From positions 1 to 36,270 of the forward strand of contig CAZUVT010000003.1 of the NCBI GenBank assembly GCA_964623925.1: a stretch of 36,270 nucleotides of DNA. Direction: 5' to 3'. Below the pieces are notes generated by a model. The model was not told where the DNA came from. It ran no database searches and was given only the letters and a program-made list of their open reading frames with translations. How positions within the stretch are numbered: the first letter of the stretch is position 1; each line of letters opens with the position of its first letter. Source of the stretch: an uncultured Erysipelotrichaceae bacterium. GTDB lineage: Bacteria; Bacillota_I; Bacilli_A; Erysipelotrichales; Erysipelotrichaceae. The position numbers and the translations under genes are program-made. Below, piece after piece: positions 36,019 through 36,270 of this stretch.

Positions 36019-36270
36019 TTACTTTATTTTCTTGCCGCATTTGGTACAGAACTTGTCCCCTAATACAATCGGCGCGCCGCAGTTAGCACAGAATTTTGGC
36101 GTGTCCCTTTCGGCTTTTTCCGGTTCGGTTTGAGCGGCAACGCTTGATTCCGACGAAGTCTCCGGCGTTAATGCCGATACTGACAGAGCTGCTGGTTGGG
36201 GTCGAGAAGCTTTTTTCTTTTTTAATAGGATTACAGCCGCTATGACTGCCAGAACGACCACACCCGCACC
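36019..36270 (-). CDS. zinc-ribbon-domain protein with TM helix, 5'-truncated by window edge
   Basis: C-terminal CANCG...CTKCG zinc ribbon. The reading frame stays open to the window end (GAGVVVLAVIAAV...). Confidence 0.45.
   Translation of the reverse strand, partial: GAGVVVLAVIAAVILLKKKKASRPQPAALSVSALTPETSSESSVAAQTEPEKAERDTPKFCANCGAPIVLGDKFCTKCGKKIK

Overview
This window looks like low-GC Bacillota (Firmicutes) chromosome. The evidence is AGGAGG-type RBSs, two T-box leaders and a TrkAH/YdjI/DeoC/Tdk-style gene set; the taxon is a guess from composition and gene content only. Most of the window is housekeeping genes on the minus strand: metG with a T-box leader, an M18 aminopeptidase, an RpiR regulator, a trkA-trkH-mscS-SPFH-membrane cluster, deoC, a UDP-sugar pyrophosphorylase, PTS EIIA, a Fur-family regulator, a thioredoxin-like lipoprotein, two-subunit class I fumarate hydratase and tdk. 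On the plus strand there is a T-box-controlled standalone trpB and acyP. The accessory content is (i) an IS200-type element (tnpA, hairpin ends) inserted next to a P1B heavy-metal ATPase with triplicated HMA domains and an ArsR/SmtB-like operator; (ii) an AT-rich three-gene cassette immediately upstream of that ATPase, encoding an Xre-HTH protein, an AbiEii-like nucleotidyltransferase and a zinc-ribbon/TPR/TIR/C-terminal-TM protein; and (iii) a second AT-rich patch with an Rpn-family nuclease, an HTH-TPR (RNPP/Rgg-like) regulator and an adjacent secreted Cys-rich small peptide. The Xre–NTase–TIR cassette is the best candidate for an undescribed defence-type system. I saw no rRNA, tRNA or CRISPR arrays. 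Several ORF-track N-termini appear over-extended; the corrected starts are given under features.
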